A stretch of 32,000 bases of DNA from Opitutales bacterium (GTDB taxonomy: Bacteria > Verrucomicrobiota > Verrucomicrobiia > Opitutales > PNEW01), in assembly GCA_965219535.1 (NCBI GenBank), contig CBDCNV010000002.1, forward strand, positions 1,110,001-1,142,000, given 5' to 3'. The notes beneath the pieces were generated by a model that did no database searches, was not told the DNA's origin, and saw only the letters and a program-made list of their open reading frames with translations. The position numbers were made by a program, and so were the translations under genes. Positions within the stretch are counted from its first letter, which is position 1. Every line of letters begins with the position of its first letter. Below are positions 19,454 through 27,548 of the stretch, in pieces.

Positions 19454-20827
19454 ATGAAATCTAAATCGGCTGAAGCGGCGAAAACTACGAATCAAACATC
19501 ACTGGCGATAAGGGGTGGTGAACCGGCAGTAAATTCGGATCCTGGCGATAATTTCACCTGGCCTATTATTACACGCGAAGATGAGAACGCAGCATTGGAT
19601 GTTATCAGACGTGGAGCCATGTCGGATATCGATGTCACGATAAAATTTGAAGAGGAGTTTGCCCACTGGCAGGGCTGTACTTACGCTTTAAGCTATAATA
19701 ATGGAACCGGTGCGGTTCAAGCCGCTATGTTCTCAATAAAAATTGGTGCCGGTGATGAAGTAATTTGCCCCAGTCTCAATTTTTGGGCTTCTGTTATCCA
19801 GTGTTACTCGCTTGGGGCGACCCCGGTATTTGCTGAAGTCGACCCCGATACGCTCTGTCTTGATCCGGGGGATATAGAACATCGAATTACCGGGGATACG
19901 AAGGTGATTGTGGTCAATCACAACTATGGACACCCGGCAGATATGGATGCTATTATCGCGATTGCAGAACGCAGTCATCTCAAGGTTATTGAAGATGTTT
20001 CTCACGCCCATGGAGCACTATACAAAGGCCGTAAGGTAGGTTCCTTTGGTGACGTCGCAGCCGCCTCAATGATGAGCAAAAAATCTTTGGCCACCGGTGA
20101 AGCTGGCATGCTATGGACAGAGGATAGAGAGATTTATGATCGGGCAATTGCATGGGGCCATTATAATCTTTTTACTCCTGATATCGAGACCGCTGACTTA
20201 AAAAATCTTTTTGGCATTCCCCTGGGTGGAGTCAAAGTCCGTACGCACCAGGTAAGTGCGGCGATGGGGAGAGTGCAGTTAAAACACTACGATAACCGAA
20301 CCGAAGAGATCCAAAAAGCGATCAATTATTTTTGGGATCTACTCGACGGGGTCCCGGGAATTAAGCCACACCGAATCTCCAAAGATTCAGGATCTACCAT
20401 GGGCGGATGGTACAGTCCAAAGGGACATTACCATTCTGAAGAATTAGAGGGGCTTTCATTATCGGCTTTTGCTGATGCCGTTAATGCCGAAGGTGGTTTT
20501 TGTGATCCAGGTTGTAATTTACCTCTTCATCTTCACCCGGTATTCAGTGAGGCAGATATCTATGGCCATGGGAAACCGACCCGCAATGCGCATACCTCGC
20601 GAGAAATTCATCAACCCCGGGGTAGCCTTCCGGTAAGTGAGGGGATCGGCGAGAAGGTATTCGGAGTACCGCGATTTAATTATTATAAAGCAGACTTTAT
20701 TGAAGAGTACGCTGCTGCTTACCGCAAGGTGGCTGAAAATTACCGCGAATTGCTCGCAGGGGATAAAGGTAATCCTGGTTATCTCACCCACTGGGATATT
20801 CCAAAACCAACGGTCTGGTCCGCTTAA
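19454..20827 (+). CDS. DegT/DnrJ/EryC1/StrS-family PLP-dependent aminotransferase
   Basis: LAIRGGEP N-terminus, NGTGAVQAA, and a SMMSKKSL..GEAG region with the PLP lysine. It is longer (457 aa) than typical family members. Confidence 0.8.
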   Translation: MKSKSAEAAKTTNQTSLAIRGGEPAVNSDPGDNFTWPIITREDENAALDVIRRGAMSDIDVTIKFEEEFAHWQGCTYALSYNNGTGAVQAAMFSIKIGAGDEVICPSLNFWASVIQCYSLGATPVFAEVDPDTLCLDPGDIEHRITGDTKVIVVNHNYGHPADMDAIIAIAERSHLKVIEDVSHAHGALYKGRKVGSFGDVAAASMMSKKSLATGEAGMLWTEDREIYDRAIAWGHYNLFTPDIETADLKNLFGIPLGGVKVRTHQVSAAMGRVQLKHYDNRTEEIQKAINYFWDLLDGVPGIKPHRISKDSGSTMGGWYSPKGHYHSEELEGLSLSAFADAVNAEGGFCDPGCNLPLHLHPVFSEADIYGHGKPTRNAHTSREIHQPRGSLPVSEGIGEKVFGVPRFNYYKADFIEEYAAAYRKVAENYRELLAGDKGNPGYLTHWDIPKPTVWSA

Positions 20828-21030
20828 AACCTCATTCAATTCATAAAGTTGATTCCTGGCTCCTTTTGAGAACAACCTGAGGGAAGCGGATTTTTTTGGT
20901 AAATTTTGAACGTTTTACCCGTTTTCTCCGTCTATGTAAATATAGCATTAATTTTAAAAAATTCGTAAAACACCGATATATAGACCAACGAAGTACAATG
21001 TTTTCCTGGAGGAGGTTTTAAAAATAATTT

Positions 21031-21118
21031 ATCTTTCCTCCTGAAAAGGAGTTTTGGGGTAACAGACGTAATTGGATGATAAAGCGGGCAGCTTAGGGGT
21101 AGGCTGCCCGCTCTTTTT
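21031..21118 (+). ncRNA. Candidate structured small RNA, copy A
   Basis: 5' hairpin CTCCT-GAAA-AGGAG (21038-21051), then single-stranded UUUUGGGGUAACA. A 10-bp GC-rich hairpin AGCGGGCAGC/GCTGCCCGCT with loop UUAGGGGUAG follows, then CUUUUU. A second copy lies at 21411-21511. Confidence 0.5.
21083..21118 (+). terminator. Rho-independent terminator-like hairpin plus U-tract (end of copy A)
   Basis: A 10-bp stem AGCGGGCAGC / GCTGCCCGCT with a 10-nt loop, followed by CTTTTT. Confidence 0.6.
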
Positions 21119-21410
21119 ATGTAAAAAGAGGTTTTATGCTATAAATAATGTCTTTGTTCCTGGAAGAGGCGGTTAATAGTTGAATCTGAGATCTGGACTA
21201 ATTGGAGCGAGGTACCGATTAGGGGCAGTGCAAAAAGCCCTTGTGCGGCTTAATTTAGAGAAGGGCGTGAACTAAGGTTTACTAATTTTTTACATTTAAA
21301 TAAGCGCATCTAATGATACTGCCCGTGTGACCTACAATACATCTGATAAGGTTCAAATATCTTGAACATAATCCGACTTTAATCATCTATTAAATTGAGT
21401 CTATTCACCG

Positions 21411-21511
21411 ATCTTTCTCCCGTAAAAGGGAGTTTTTTGGGGTAACAAAAAAGAATAGTGAATTAGAAAATAAGCGGCGGGCAGCTTAGGGGTAGGCTGC
21501 CCGCCTTATTT
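21411..21511 (+). ncRNA. Candidate structured small RNA, copy B
   Basis: Same architecture as copy A. The hairpin is CTCCC-GTAAAA-GGGAG (21417-21432), followed by UUUUUUGGGGUAACA. The terminal stem is GGCGGGCAGC/GCTGCCCGCC with the identical loop UUAGGGGUAG, then UUAUUU. The stems differ from copy A by paired, compensatory changes. Confidence 0.5.
21476..21511 (+). terminator. Terminator-like hairpin with an interrupted U-tract (end of copy B)
   Basis: A 10-bp stem GGCGGGCAGC / GCTGCCCGCC followed by TTATTT. Confidence 0.45.
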
Positions 21512-21628
21512 GGTCTCCTTAAGACTGGGGAAGTGCTCATTAAATGAATAAAATGGCAACTTTGTGCCCTAATATAAGGTCAATATTTTCATCAACTAGC
21601 TGATGGATAATAACTTGACCTTCTTTTT

Positions 21629-21900
21629 CTCTTCGTCTTCATCTACGTTTATTCCATTATTAACTATAATATTATGGTGGAACGCGCTGTCCCTAGCACG
21701 TTAGAGCGGGTCGTAATACAAGAAGCGTGCTAGGGACAGCCCGCTCCACCCTGGGTTGCAATATTCATGAAGTAAACGGGGACAAAGACGAAGCTTTAAA
21801 ATCTAGACCTACCAAAAATCAATCTTCGTCTTCGTCTTTGTCTACGTCTTCGTCCAAAAAACTATCAGAAATCACAATAGATTCATTTAGACGAAGACGA
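21629..21900. repeat. Upstream block of CTTCGTC/GACGAAG hairpin modules (H0, R1, H1)
   Basis: R1 is GACAAAGACGAAG (21781-21793) paired with CTTCGTCTTTGTC (21830-21842), a 13-bp perfect stem. H1 is CGTCTTCGTC (21845-21854) paired with GACGAAGACG (21890-21899), with AAACTATCAGAA in the loop. H0 is a left-arm-like CTCTTCGTCTTCATCTACG at 21629-21647. Confidence 0.75.
21676..21750. repeat. Near-perfect 25-bp inverted repeat (hairpin)
   Basis: GGTGGAACGCGCTGTCCCTAGCACG (21676-21700) pairs with CGTGCTAGGGACAGCCCGCTCCACC (21726-21750) at 23 of 25 positions. The 25-nt loop contains a partial third copy (AGAGCGGGT). Confidence 0.8.
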
Positions 21901-22065
21901 TTAGTATAAAAGTATAAAATTACTGTTACAGCAGACTTAAGAATAAAGTCACAATAGTCGTTATCTACTATAAAGGAATTTAAGTTATTTTATGATACAT
22001 GACGCTCGTAAATCGGCCACCCAACTTGATTTTCGTCCTGTGAAAAAAAGGAATAGTAAGAGTCA

Positions 22066-22491
22066 ATGATTCGCCAGTTCCATCATGAGAAATTGAAAGT
22101 ATATAAACTTGAATTGAAATACATTGAGTGGGTGACTGAATTCATAGAATCCACCAAAAAAGGCGGAGCAGATGTAAGAATCGGTGAGGTTATTAAACAG
22201 CTTGATAGAGCTAGTTTATCCATACTGTTGAACACAGCAGAGGGCAATGGTAAGCGTCAGAAACAAGGAAGAGCAAAATTTTTCGATGATGCCAGAGGTT
22301 CAGCTACAGAATGCGCGGCTTGCCTCGATGCATTGATTGCGAAGAAAGTTTGCAGGTCCGATGATGTTAACGAGGGAAAAGCATTCTTACTCGAAGTAGT
22401 GTCTATGCTTTCCGGTCTAATTCGCTATTTCGATAAACCTGACTCTATCGGAGAAGAAAAAGCAATCTATGAGATAATAGAAGGTGCGTAG
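22066..22491 (+). CDS. Four-helix-bundle protein (23S rRNA intervening-sequence protein family)
   Basis: Family pattern: FHHEKLKVYKLELKYIEWV..., QLDRASLSILLNTAEGNGKR, FFDDARGSATECAACLDAL. Confidence 0.85.
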   Translation: MIRQFHHEKLKVYKLELKYIEWVTEFIESTKKGGADVRIGEVIKQLDRASLSILLNTAEGNGKRQKQGRAKFFDDARGSATECAACLDALIAKKVCRSDDVNEGKAFLLEVVSMLSGLIRYFDKPDSIGEEKAIYEIIEGA

Positions 22492-22520
22492 AAATAATTG
22501 AGGGTGGATATTAATTATTC

Positions 22521-22729
22521 ACCTCTTCGTCTACGTCCTTAAATTAAACTATCAGAAGTTATGCAAAAATCTTCTCTGACGAAGAAGCAGAGGCAGACGA
22601 AGCTTTAAAATCTAGACCTACCACAATCAATCTTCGTCTTCGTCTTTGTCTTCGTCCTGAAAATGACAAATTGGAAGGTGCAATGGATCCTCTATGACGA
22701 AGAGGTAGAGGCAGACGAAGACGAAGATT
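22521..22729. repeat. Downstream block of CTTCGTC/GACGAAG hairpin modules (H2, R2, closing arm)
   Basis: The loop and arm segment AGACGAAGCTTTAAAATCTAGACCTACCACAATCAATCTTCGTCTTCGTCTTTGTCTTCGTCC (22595-22657) is near-identical to 21787-21855. AATCTTCGTCTTCGTCT (22629-22645) is perfectly complementary over 17 bp to AGACGAAGACGAAGATT (22713-22729). CCTCTTCGTC (22522-22531) pairs with GACGAAGAGG (22696-22705). Confidence 0.75.
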
Positions 22730-22736
22730 TAGTAAT

Positions 22737-25316
22737 TCAACCCTCCTCGCGCAGAATGGCTAAGGGTGGATGTCGGGCGATACCGCGGCTGTTCGCGAGC
22801 CCGGTGATGAGGGTTAAAAGGCTAACCGTGATCATCGCTACCGGTAGGCTTGCCCAGTCGAAGGTGTAAGCTAATTTAAAAACAAAGTGAGCAAGCGCCC
22901 AAGTAGCCAAAAGCGACAGTGTGACGCCAGCAATACTGGCCAGCGTTCCCAGTAATAGATATTCTATCGCCATCATGCTTTGTATAAAACCACTTGAAGC
23001 ACCTAATGTTCTCAGGAGGACACTTTCCCGGATACGTTGATAGCGACTGGTAATGATCGATCCCGCTAAAACCACGAGACCGGTAGCAATTGTAAAAGTG
23101 GCTATAAATCGAATGACGAAGGCGACACGGTTTAGAATGGATGAGATCGTTTCGATTACCAGAGAGAGATCAATTGCTGAAACATTAGGGAATTTATTCA
23201 CGATTAGTTCCTGCAAACTTGCGGTGGCAACTCGGTCTGGCACCTTGGTTACAAGAGCATAAAATGTAGGCGCCTCCTCAAGTACCCCATGGGGAAAAAC
23301 GACATAAAAATTGGTCCTCATTTTCTGCCAATCGACTTTTCGCATACTCTCTACTCGTGTTTTAATCGGGATGCCCTGAACGTCAAAGAGGATGCGGTCG
23401 CCCAGTTTAATAGCTAATGACTTGGCAATGCTCTCCTCAACCGATACCGGAATCGGTTCTTCACCCTTTGTTTCACTTATAAATTCTCCTTCGATCAATT
23501 GTTCGGTTTCAATGAGATGGCCGCGATAAGTCGAGCGGTATTCCCTGTTGAGAGCCCAAGTTTCGATTTTAGTTTCCGTATCAGCTTTTAACTCTGATAT
23601 GGTCTGCCCGTTAATACTGGTGAGGCGCATGGTTACGATGGGAACGGTTTCTATAATTGAGTGGCCTGCGTCGTCGATGATCGCAGTGACCCCCTCGATT
23701 TGATCAGGCTGTATGTCGAAAAGCACCATGTTAGGTTGGTCCTCCGCGCCCCATGACGTTACTTGCTGAAGCAATAACCCTTGGCAGAGGTAGAGCGTAT
23801 AGATGAGAAATGTGCCCATACCGAGAGTAACGATAAGAAATACCGTCCGATTATGAGGTCGATAGAGATTGGAAAGCCCTTGCCTCAATGCGTAGGGCCA
23901 TTTCTTTGGATAATAGTGTCGTAACACCCAGGTTAGACCTAGCGACAATCCGCTGAGAATTAATAAACTGCCAGCCAAACCTCCCGCGAATCCAAGCCCG
24001 TAACGCAGTTGACTCGTTTGAGAAAAGCAAAAGCTCAGGGTAATGGCCGCGATGATACTGGAAACCGTCCAAAACCAGGGATCTCGGCGTAAGAGATGTT
24101 GGGTTTCAAATGATAGTCGCAAGGCGTGTAGCGGTGTGATCTTGCGTATTGATAAGAGGGGAATGAAAGCAAAAAGAAGTGAGATCAGCCATCCGAAAGC
24201 AAAGCTTATAAATACATTTTTAAAAGATAGGAAAACATGAACATCAAAGGGTAGAAATGGACTCAACACCCAGGGTAGTAAAAATTGTACTGAGATTCCG
24301 AACGCTGCACCCAGTGTAGAACCGATTAGTCCGACAATCACGATTTGTAAGAGATATATTCCGAATGCCTGGCTAATCCTGCTACCAAGGCAGCGTAATA
24401 CGGCGATGGTGTTTAGTTTTTCCCGCAAATATACTTGAACCGCACCAGCTACACCCATGCCACCGAGTAATAAAGCGACAAAACCGACAAGGTTTAGAAA
24501 ATCATAAAGATTATCGAGCACCTCCCCAATATTGCGTTTGCGCTCTTCTACCGTGTCATAATTTAGACGTTCTTCGGCAAAAATCCCATTCTCAGCCTCT
24601 TCTAAAAAAGCGGGGTCGATTGCATTGGGAAGTTTAAAGTAGACCTTATACCTGGCTATACTTCCGGGTTTAATTAGCTCGGTATCGTTCAGCCATTTTT
24701 TTGCAATGTAGATGCGGGGTGAAAAAATTCCTGCCACTCCATTTTCTCCCGAAATGCGCCGCAAACTACCGACAATTTCGAATGCCATTCCACCTAATTT
24801 TACGGTGTCACCAGTTTGCACCTGGTATTGGATCATCAAGCTGTCTTCAACTAGCGCTACGGGTGTATTCGGGGTAAGAAAATCCACTGCATCCGGGTCG
24901 CTTACGATCTCGCCGTAAAACGGAAATCTGCCTTCCAATGCTCTAGTTTGAATGAGGCGAGTTTTTCCCTGTTTAGGAAAATAAGCCATCGTGCGAAATC
25001 GCACTTCCCGTGTCTGTTCACCTCCAAGGGTGGAAATAAAATTTTCCGTCTTTTCTGTAAATGATCGTCGCCCAGTAATGGATAGATCTGCTCCTAAAAG
25101 GCTGCGTGAGTGAATATCAATCGCCACTTCGAGATTATGCCGAAAAGAACTTATCGCAACCAGGGCACCAATACCAAAGACTATGCAAAGAGTAAAAAGA
25201 AATAAGATGCGTCGCTGCCCTCGACTATCTCTCCAAGCCATCACAACCATCCATCTGAATAGACTAAGAGGACGTTCCTTGCTTTTATTAACCTTCATTG
25301 TCGACAAGTTGTCCAT
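22737..25316 (-). CDS. ABC transporter permease with two FtsX-type domains (YbbP-like)
   Basis: An 859-aa polytopic protein with two FtsX-like 4-TM blocks separated by large periplasmic domains. It follows the ATPase gene directly. An alternative start (MKVNKSK) lies at 25298. Confidence 0.85.
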   Translation of the reverse strand: MDNLSTMKVNKSKERPLSLFRWMVVMAWRDSRGQRRILFLFTLCIVFGIGALVAISSFRHNLEVAIDIHSRSLLGADLSITGRRSFTEKTENFISTLGGEQTREVRFRTMAYFPKQGKTRLIQTRALEGRFPFYGEIVSDPDAVDFLTPNTPVALVEDSLMIQYQVQTGDTVKLGGMAFEIVGSLRRISGENGVAGIFSPRIYIAKKWLNDTELIKPGSIARYKVYFKLPNAIDPAFLEEAENGIFAEERLNYDTVEERKRNIGEVLDNLYDFLNLVGFVALLLGGMGVAGAVQVYLREKLNTIAVLRCLGSRISQAFGIYLLQIVIVGLIGSTLGAAFGISVQFLLPWVLSPFLPFDVHVFLSFKNVFISFAFGWLISLLFAFIPLLSIRKITPLHALRLSFETQHLLRRDPWFWTVSSIIAAITLSFCFSQTSQLRYGLGFAGGLAGSLLILSGLSLGLTWVLRHYYPKKWPYALRQGLSNLYRPHNRTVFLIVTLGMGTFLIYTLYLCQGLLLQQVTSWGAEDQPNMVLFDIQPDQIEGVTAIIDDAGHSIIETVPIVTMRLTSINGQTISELKADTETKIETWALNREYRSTYRGHLIETEQLIEGEFISETKGEEPIPVSVEESIAKSLAIKLGDRILFDVQGIPIKTRVESMRKVDWQKMRTNFYVVFPHGVLEEAPTFYALVTKVPDRVATASLQELIVNKFPNVSAIDLSLVIETISSILNRVAFVIRFIATFTIATGLVVLAGSIITSRYQRIRESVLLRTLGASSGFIQSMMAIEYLLLGTLASIAGVTLSLLATWALAHFVFKLAYTFDWASLPVAMITVSLLTLITGLANSRGIARHPPLAILREEG

Positions 25317-25983
25317 CGTCGATACGTAGAATACGTTCTGTACGATTGGCGATTTCTAGATCATGGGTGACCAGAATAAGTGTTGTCCCTGAGGCTTTGT
25401 TGAGCGAGAAAAGCAAGTCAGTCACATGCTGGCCATTATCACGATCAAGATTTCCTGTCGGCTCGTCGACGAATAGGATTTTAGGATTGTTGATAAATGC
25501 ACGTGCCAGCGCCACGCGTTGTTGCTCACCGCCAGAAAGTTGAATGGGGTAGTGATTAGCGCGCTCGCCGAGACCTACATTATCGATTAAACCCTGGGCT
25601 TTTGAAAAAGAATTTAATTCACCGCGTAATTCCAACGGGACAATAATATTTTCCAGTGCCGTGAGCGTGGGAATGAGTTGGAAATTTTGAAAAACGAATC
25701 CCACGTTCAGGTTGCGCAATTCTGCGCGCTCATTTTCATTCAATTTTCCCAAGTCCCTATAATTGAGTATCACCGATCCACTCGTGGGTTCGTCAAGTCC
25801 CGCACAGAGCCCGAGCAAGGTTGTTTTTCCGCTTCCCGAGGGGCCCACTATAGCAACACTGGACCCACGTGTCACATTGAAGTTTATATCCTTCAACACC
25901 GTTAGGGGTTGACCTCCACTTTGAAATACCTTGCTCAGGAATTTTACAGACAGTATGGGGTGAATGGGGTTTTGATCAGACAT
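25288..25983 (-). CDS. ABC transporter ATP-binding protein (YbbA/LolD-like)
   Basis: Walker A GPSGSGKTT, signature LSGGEQQR, Walker B ILFVDEPT and the H-loop VTHD. Confidence 0.92.
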   Translation of the reverse strand: MSDQNPIHPILSVKFLSKVFQSGGQPLTVLKDINFNVTRGSSVAIVGPSGSGKTTLLGLCAGLDEPTSGSVILNYRDLGKLNENERAELRNLNVGFVFQNFQLIPTLTALENIIVPLELRGELNSFSKAQGLIDNVGLGERANHYPIQLSGGEQQRVALARAFINNPKILFVDEPTGNLDRDNGQHVTDLLFSLNKASGTTLILVTHDLEIANRTERILRIDDGQLVDNEG

Positions 25984-26102
25984 AAACTATATTTTATTTC
26001 TTAAAGAGCACAACTTGTGTTGAGATGTTGCAACAAAGTTGTAATAAGATTATTTCTGTCAAACATTAGTTGCTAAATACCAGTGATAGTTCCTTTTTAT
26101 TG

Positions 26103-26768
26103 ATGAGCAATAACCTTAAATCTTTTTATTTCTCTTTTTTAATTTTCACTCTCTTTATCGTCTATCCATACCTGCTTTCAGGTGATACTCGGACCGTCCT
26201 CTTTTTTGGTGACAGCGTGACCGCGGGCTATGGCCTAGATCCACTAGAAGCCTATCCGGCGCGCATTCAAGAGAAAATTAATAATGCGGATTTAAATTTC
26301 AAAGCGGTGAATGGGGGTCTTAGCGGAGAGACGAGTGCTGGTGGTTTAAGACGTATTAACTGGATGTTAAAAAAACCCATTCGTATACTTGTTCTCGCTT
26401 TGGGTTCTAATGATGGTCTGCGTGGTCTCGATCCCTCGGTTACAAAACAAAATCTTCAAGCTATAATCGAGATAACTAAGCAAAATTATCCACGTGCTGA
26501 AATCATGATTGCGGGTCTAAAAGCGCCACCGAATATGGGAAGCGGATATACTGAAAAATTTGAAACTATTTTTACTGAACTGGCTGAAATTAATAACGCC
26601 GTTTTAATTCCGTTCTTACTTGAGGATGTAGCGGGTGTTGCTACTTTGAATCAAGCGGATGGCATCCATCCCAATGTTGAGGGTCAACATATCCTTGCAG
26701 AAACTGTGTGGATATACTTGAAACCTCTGCTCACTGAAATTAATGCTCTGATCAATAATTTTGATTAA
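26103..26768 (+). CDS. tesA: SGNH/GDSL hydrolase, TesA-like arylesterase/thioesterase I
   Basis: All four SGNH blocks are present: FFGDSVTAGYG, GLSGETS, GSNDG, DGIHP. The N-terminus is signal-like. It is divergent from ybbA/ybbP-like genes, as in E. coli. The ORF track starts at a TTG at 26070; the ATG at 26103 is preferred. Confidence 0.85.
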   Translation: MSNNLKSFYFSFLIFTLFIVYPYLLSGDTRTVLFFGDSVTAGYGLDPLEAYPARIQEKINNADLNFKAVNGGLSGETSAGGLRRINWMLKKPIRILVLALGSNDGLRGLDPSVTKQNLQAIIEITKQNYPRAEIMIAGLKAPPNMGSGYTEKFETIFTELAEINNAVLIPFLLEDVAGVATLNQADGIHPNVEGQHILAETVWIYLKPLLTEINALINNFD

Positions 26769-26819
26769 ATTGTTCGATGATTGCGGTTTTACATTGATAT
26801 CATCATTTAATGTTCGTCC

Positions 26820-27533
26820 ATGATAGAAAAAAAGCAGGATTTGTTAACAGACTTAGAAGTTGAGCGTTATCATCATGACGGTTATCTTGTCGTGAAGAAC
26901 CTGTATGACAGGCGGGAGATGCAAGTATGGAAAGAGAAGATAATCAACCTGTTGAAAGACGGAGGACACTACAATAATCCCTCTGGCGTGCATGTCTTTT
27001 TTCTGCACGATTTACATCCTTTTTTTATCGAAAAAATGCGTGACCCAAAAATTGTTAAAATATTGCAACAGCTCATAGGACAAAACCTGGAATTTTTAAG
27101 CGTTAAAGCTGTTTACAAAAACGCAGAGACACGATTTAGCTCCCCCTGGCATCAGGATTGGTATTATTGGAAAGGTGCAAACAAAACATCAGTCTGGATT
27201 GCGTTGGATGATGCGACTATCGATAACGGGTGTGTAAGAATGGTCCCAGGGAGCCACAATAAATTATTCAAATGGAATAATGTAGATGATCCTAACATGT
27301 TTAATCGACGCACGGATGATAAAGAAATCGAGGGATTACCCGTTGATGCTTTGGCGGTCGAGAGTGGAGGTGCAGTGTTCTTTCATGATAGGACTTTACA
27401 TGGTGCTTATGAAAATGTTACGGGTGCAGACCGATTTTCATTTATAACGACTTACCGTGACGCATCGATCAAAGACGAATCAACAGTTTGGGATTCAGCC
27501 ATGGTTGTGAGCGGTGAAAGTGTTAATATTTAA
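26820..27533 (+). CDS. Phytanoyl-CoA dioxygenase (PhyH) family Fe(II)/2-oxoglutarate oxygenase
   Basis: The H-x-D facial-triad motif (WHQDWYYW) and the distal His (FFHDRTLHGAYEN) are present, and the N-terminal YHHDGYLVVKNL is typical of PhyH proteins. Confidence 0.8.
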   Translation: MIEKKQDLLTDLEVERYHHDGYLVVKNLYDRREMQVWKEKIINLLKDGGHYNNPSGVHVFFLHDLHPFFIEKMRDPKIVKILQQLIGQNLEFLSVKAVYKNAETRFSSPWHQDWYYWKGANKTSVWIALDDATIDNGCVRMVPGSHNKLFKWNNVDDPNMFNRRTDDKEIEGLPVDALAVESGGAVFFHDRTLHGAYENVTGADRFSFITTYRDASIKDESTVWDSAMVVSGESVNI

Positions 27534-27548
27534 GCTGGAGGAAAAAAC

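Noticed and set aside
20828-20900. Terminator for the aminotransferase gene (…GGGAAGCGGATTTTTTT)
   Set aside because: The T-run is present, but I could not find a convincing upstream stem; only GU-rich partial pairing is available.
21031-21118. Small peptide genes within the twin units (for example ATG ATA AAG CGG GCA GCT TAG in copy A)
   Set aside because: Copy B lacks the ATG. A 2-nt indel shifts every candidate frame between the copies. Conservation follows the stems, not codons.
21727-21909. A 60-aa ORF (…SSSSSLSTSSSKK…) in the ORF track
   Set aside because: It begins inside the right arm of the 25-bp hairpin and then reads through the CTTCGTC heptad repeats. Its low-complexity Ser/Leu run is a translation artefact of the repeats, and no start context is present.
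22066-22491. Whether the IVS-type protein sits inside a 23S rRNA gene
   Set aside because: The flanks are AT-rich repeats with no recognisable rRNA sequence, and protein-coding genes lie within 250 bp to 1.2 kb on either side.
21629-22729. Possible CRISPR array, because of the many short repeats
   Set aside because: The repeating units are 7-nt heptads that form hairpin stems, plus two longer loop types. There are no regularly spaced 25-40-nt direct repeats with unique spacers, and no cas genes.
22663-22869. A 68-aa ORF (…DEEVEADEDEDL…) overlapping the permease 3' end
   Set aside because: It is produced by GACGAAG heptads read in frame (Asp/Glu run) and then runs antisense into the ABC permease gene, so it is spurious.
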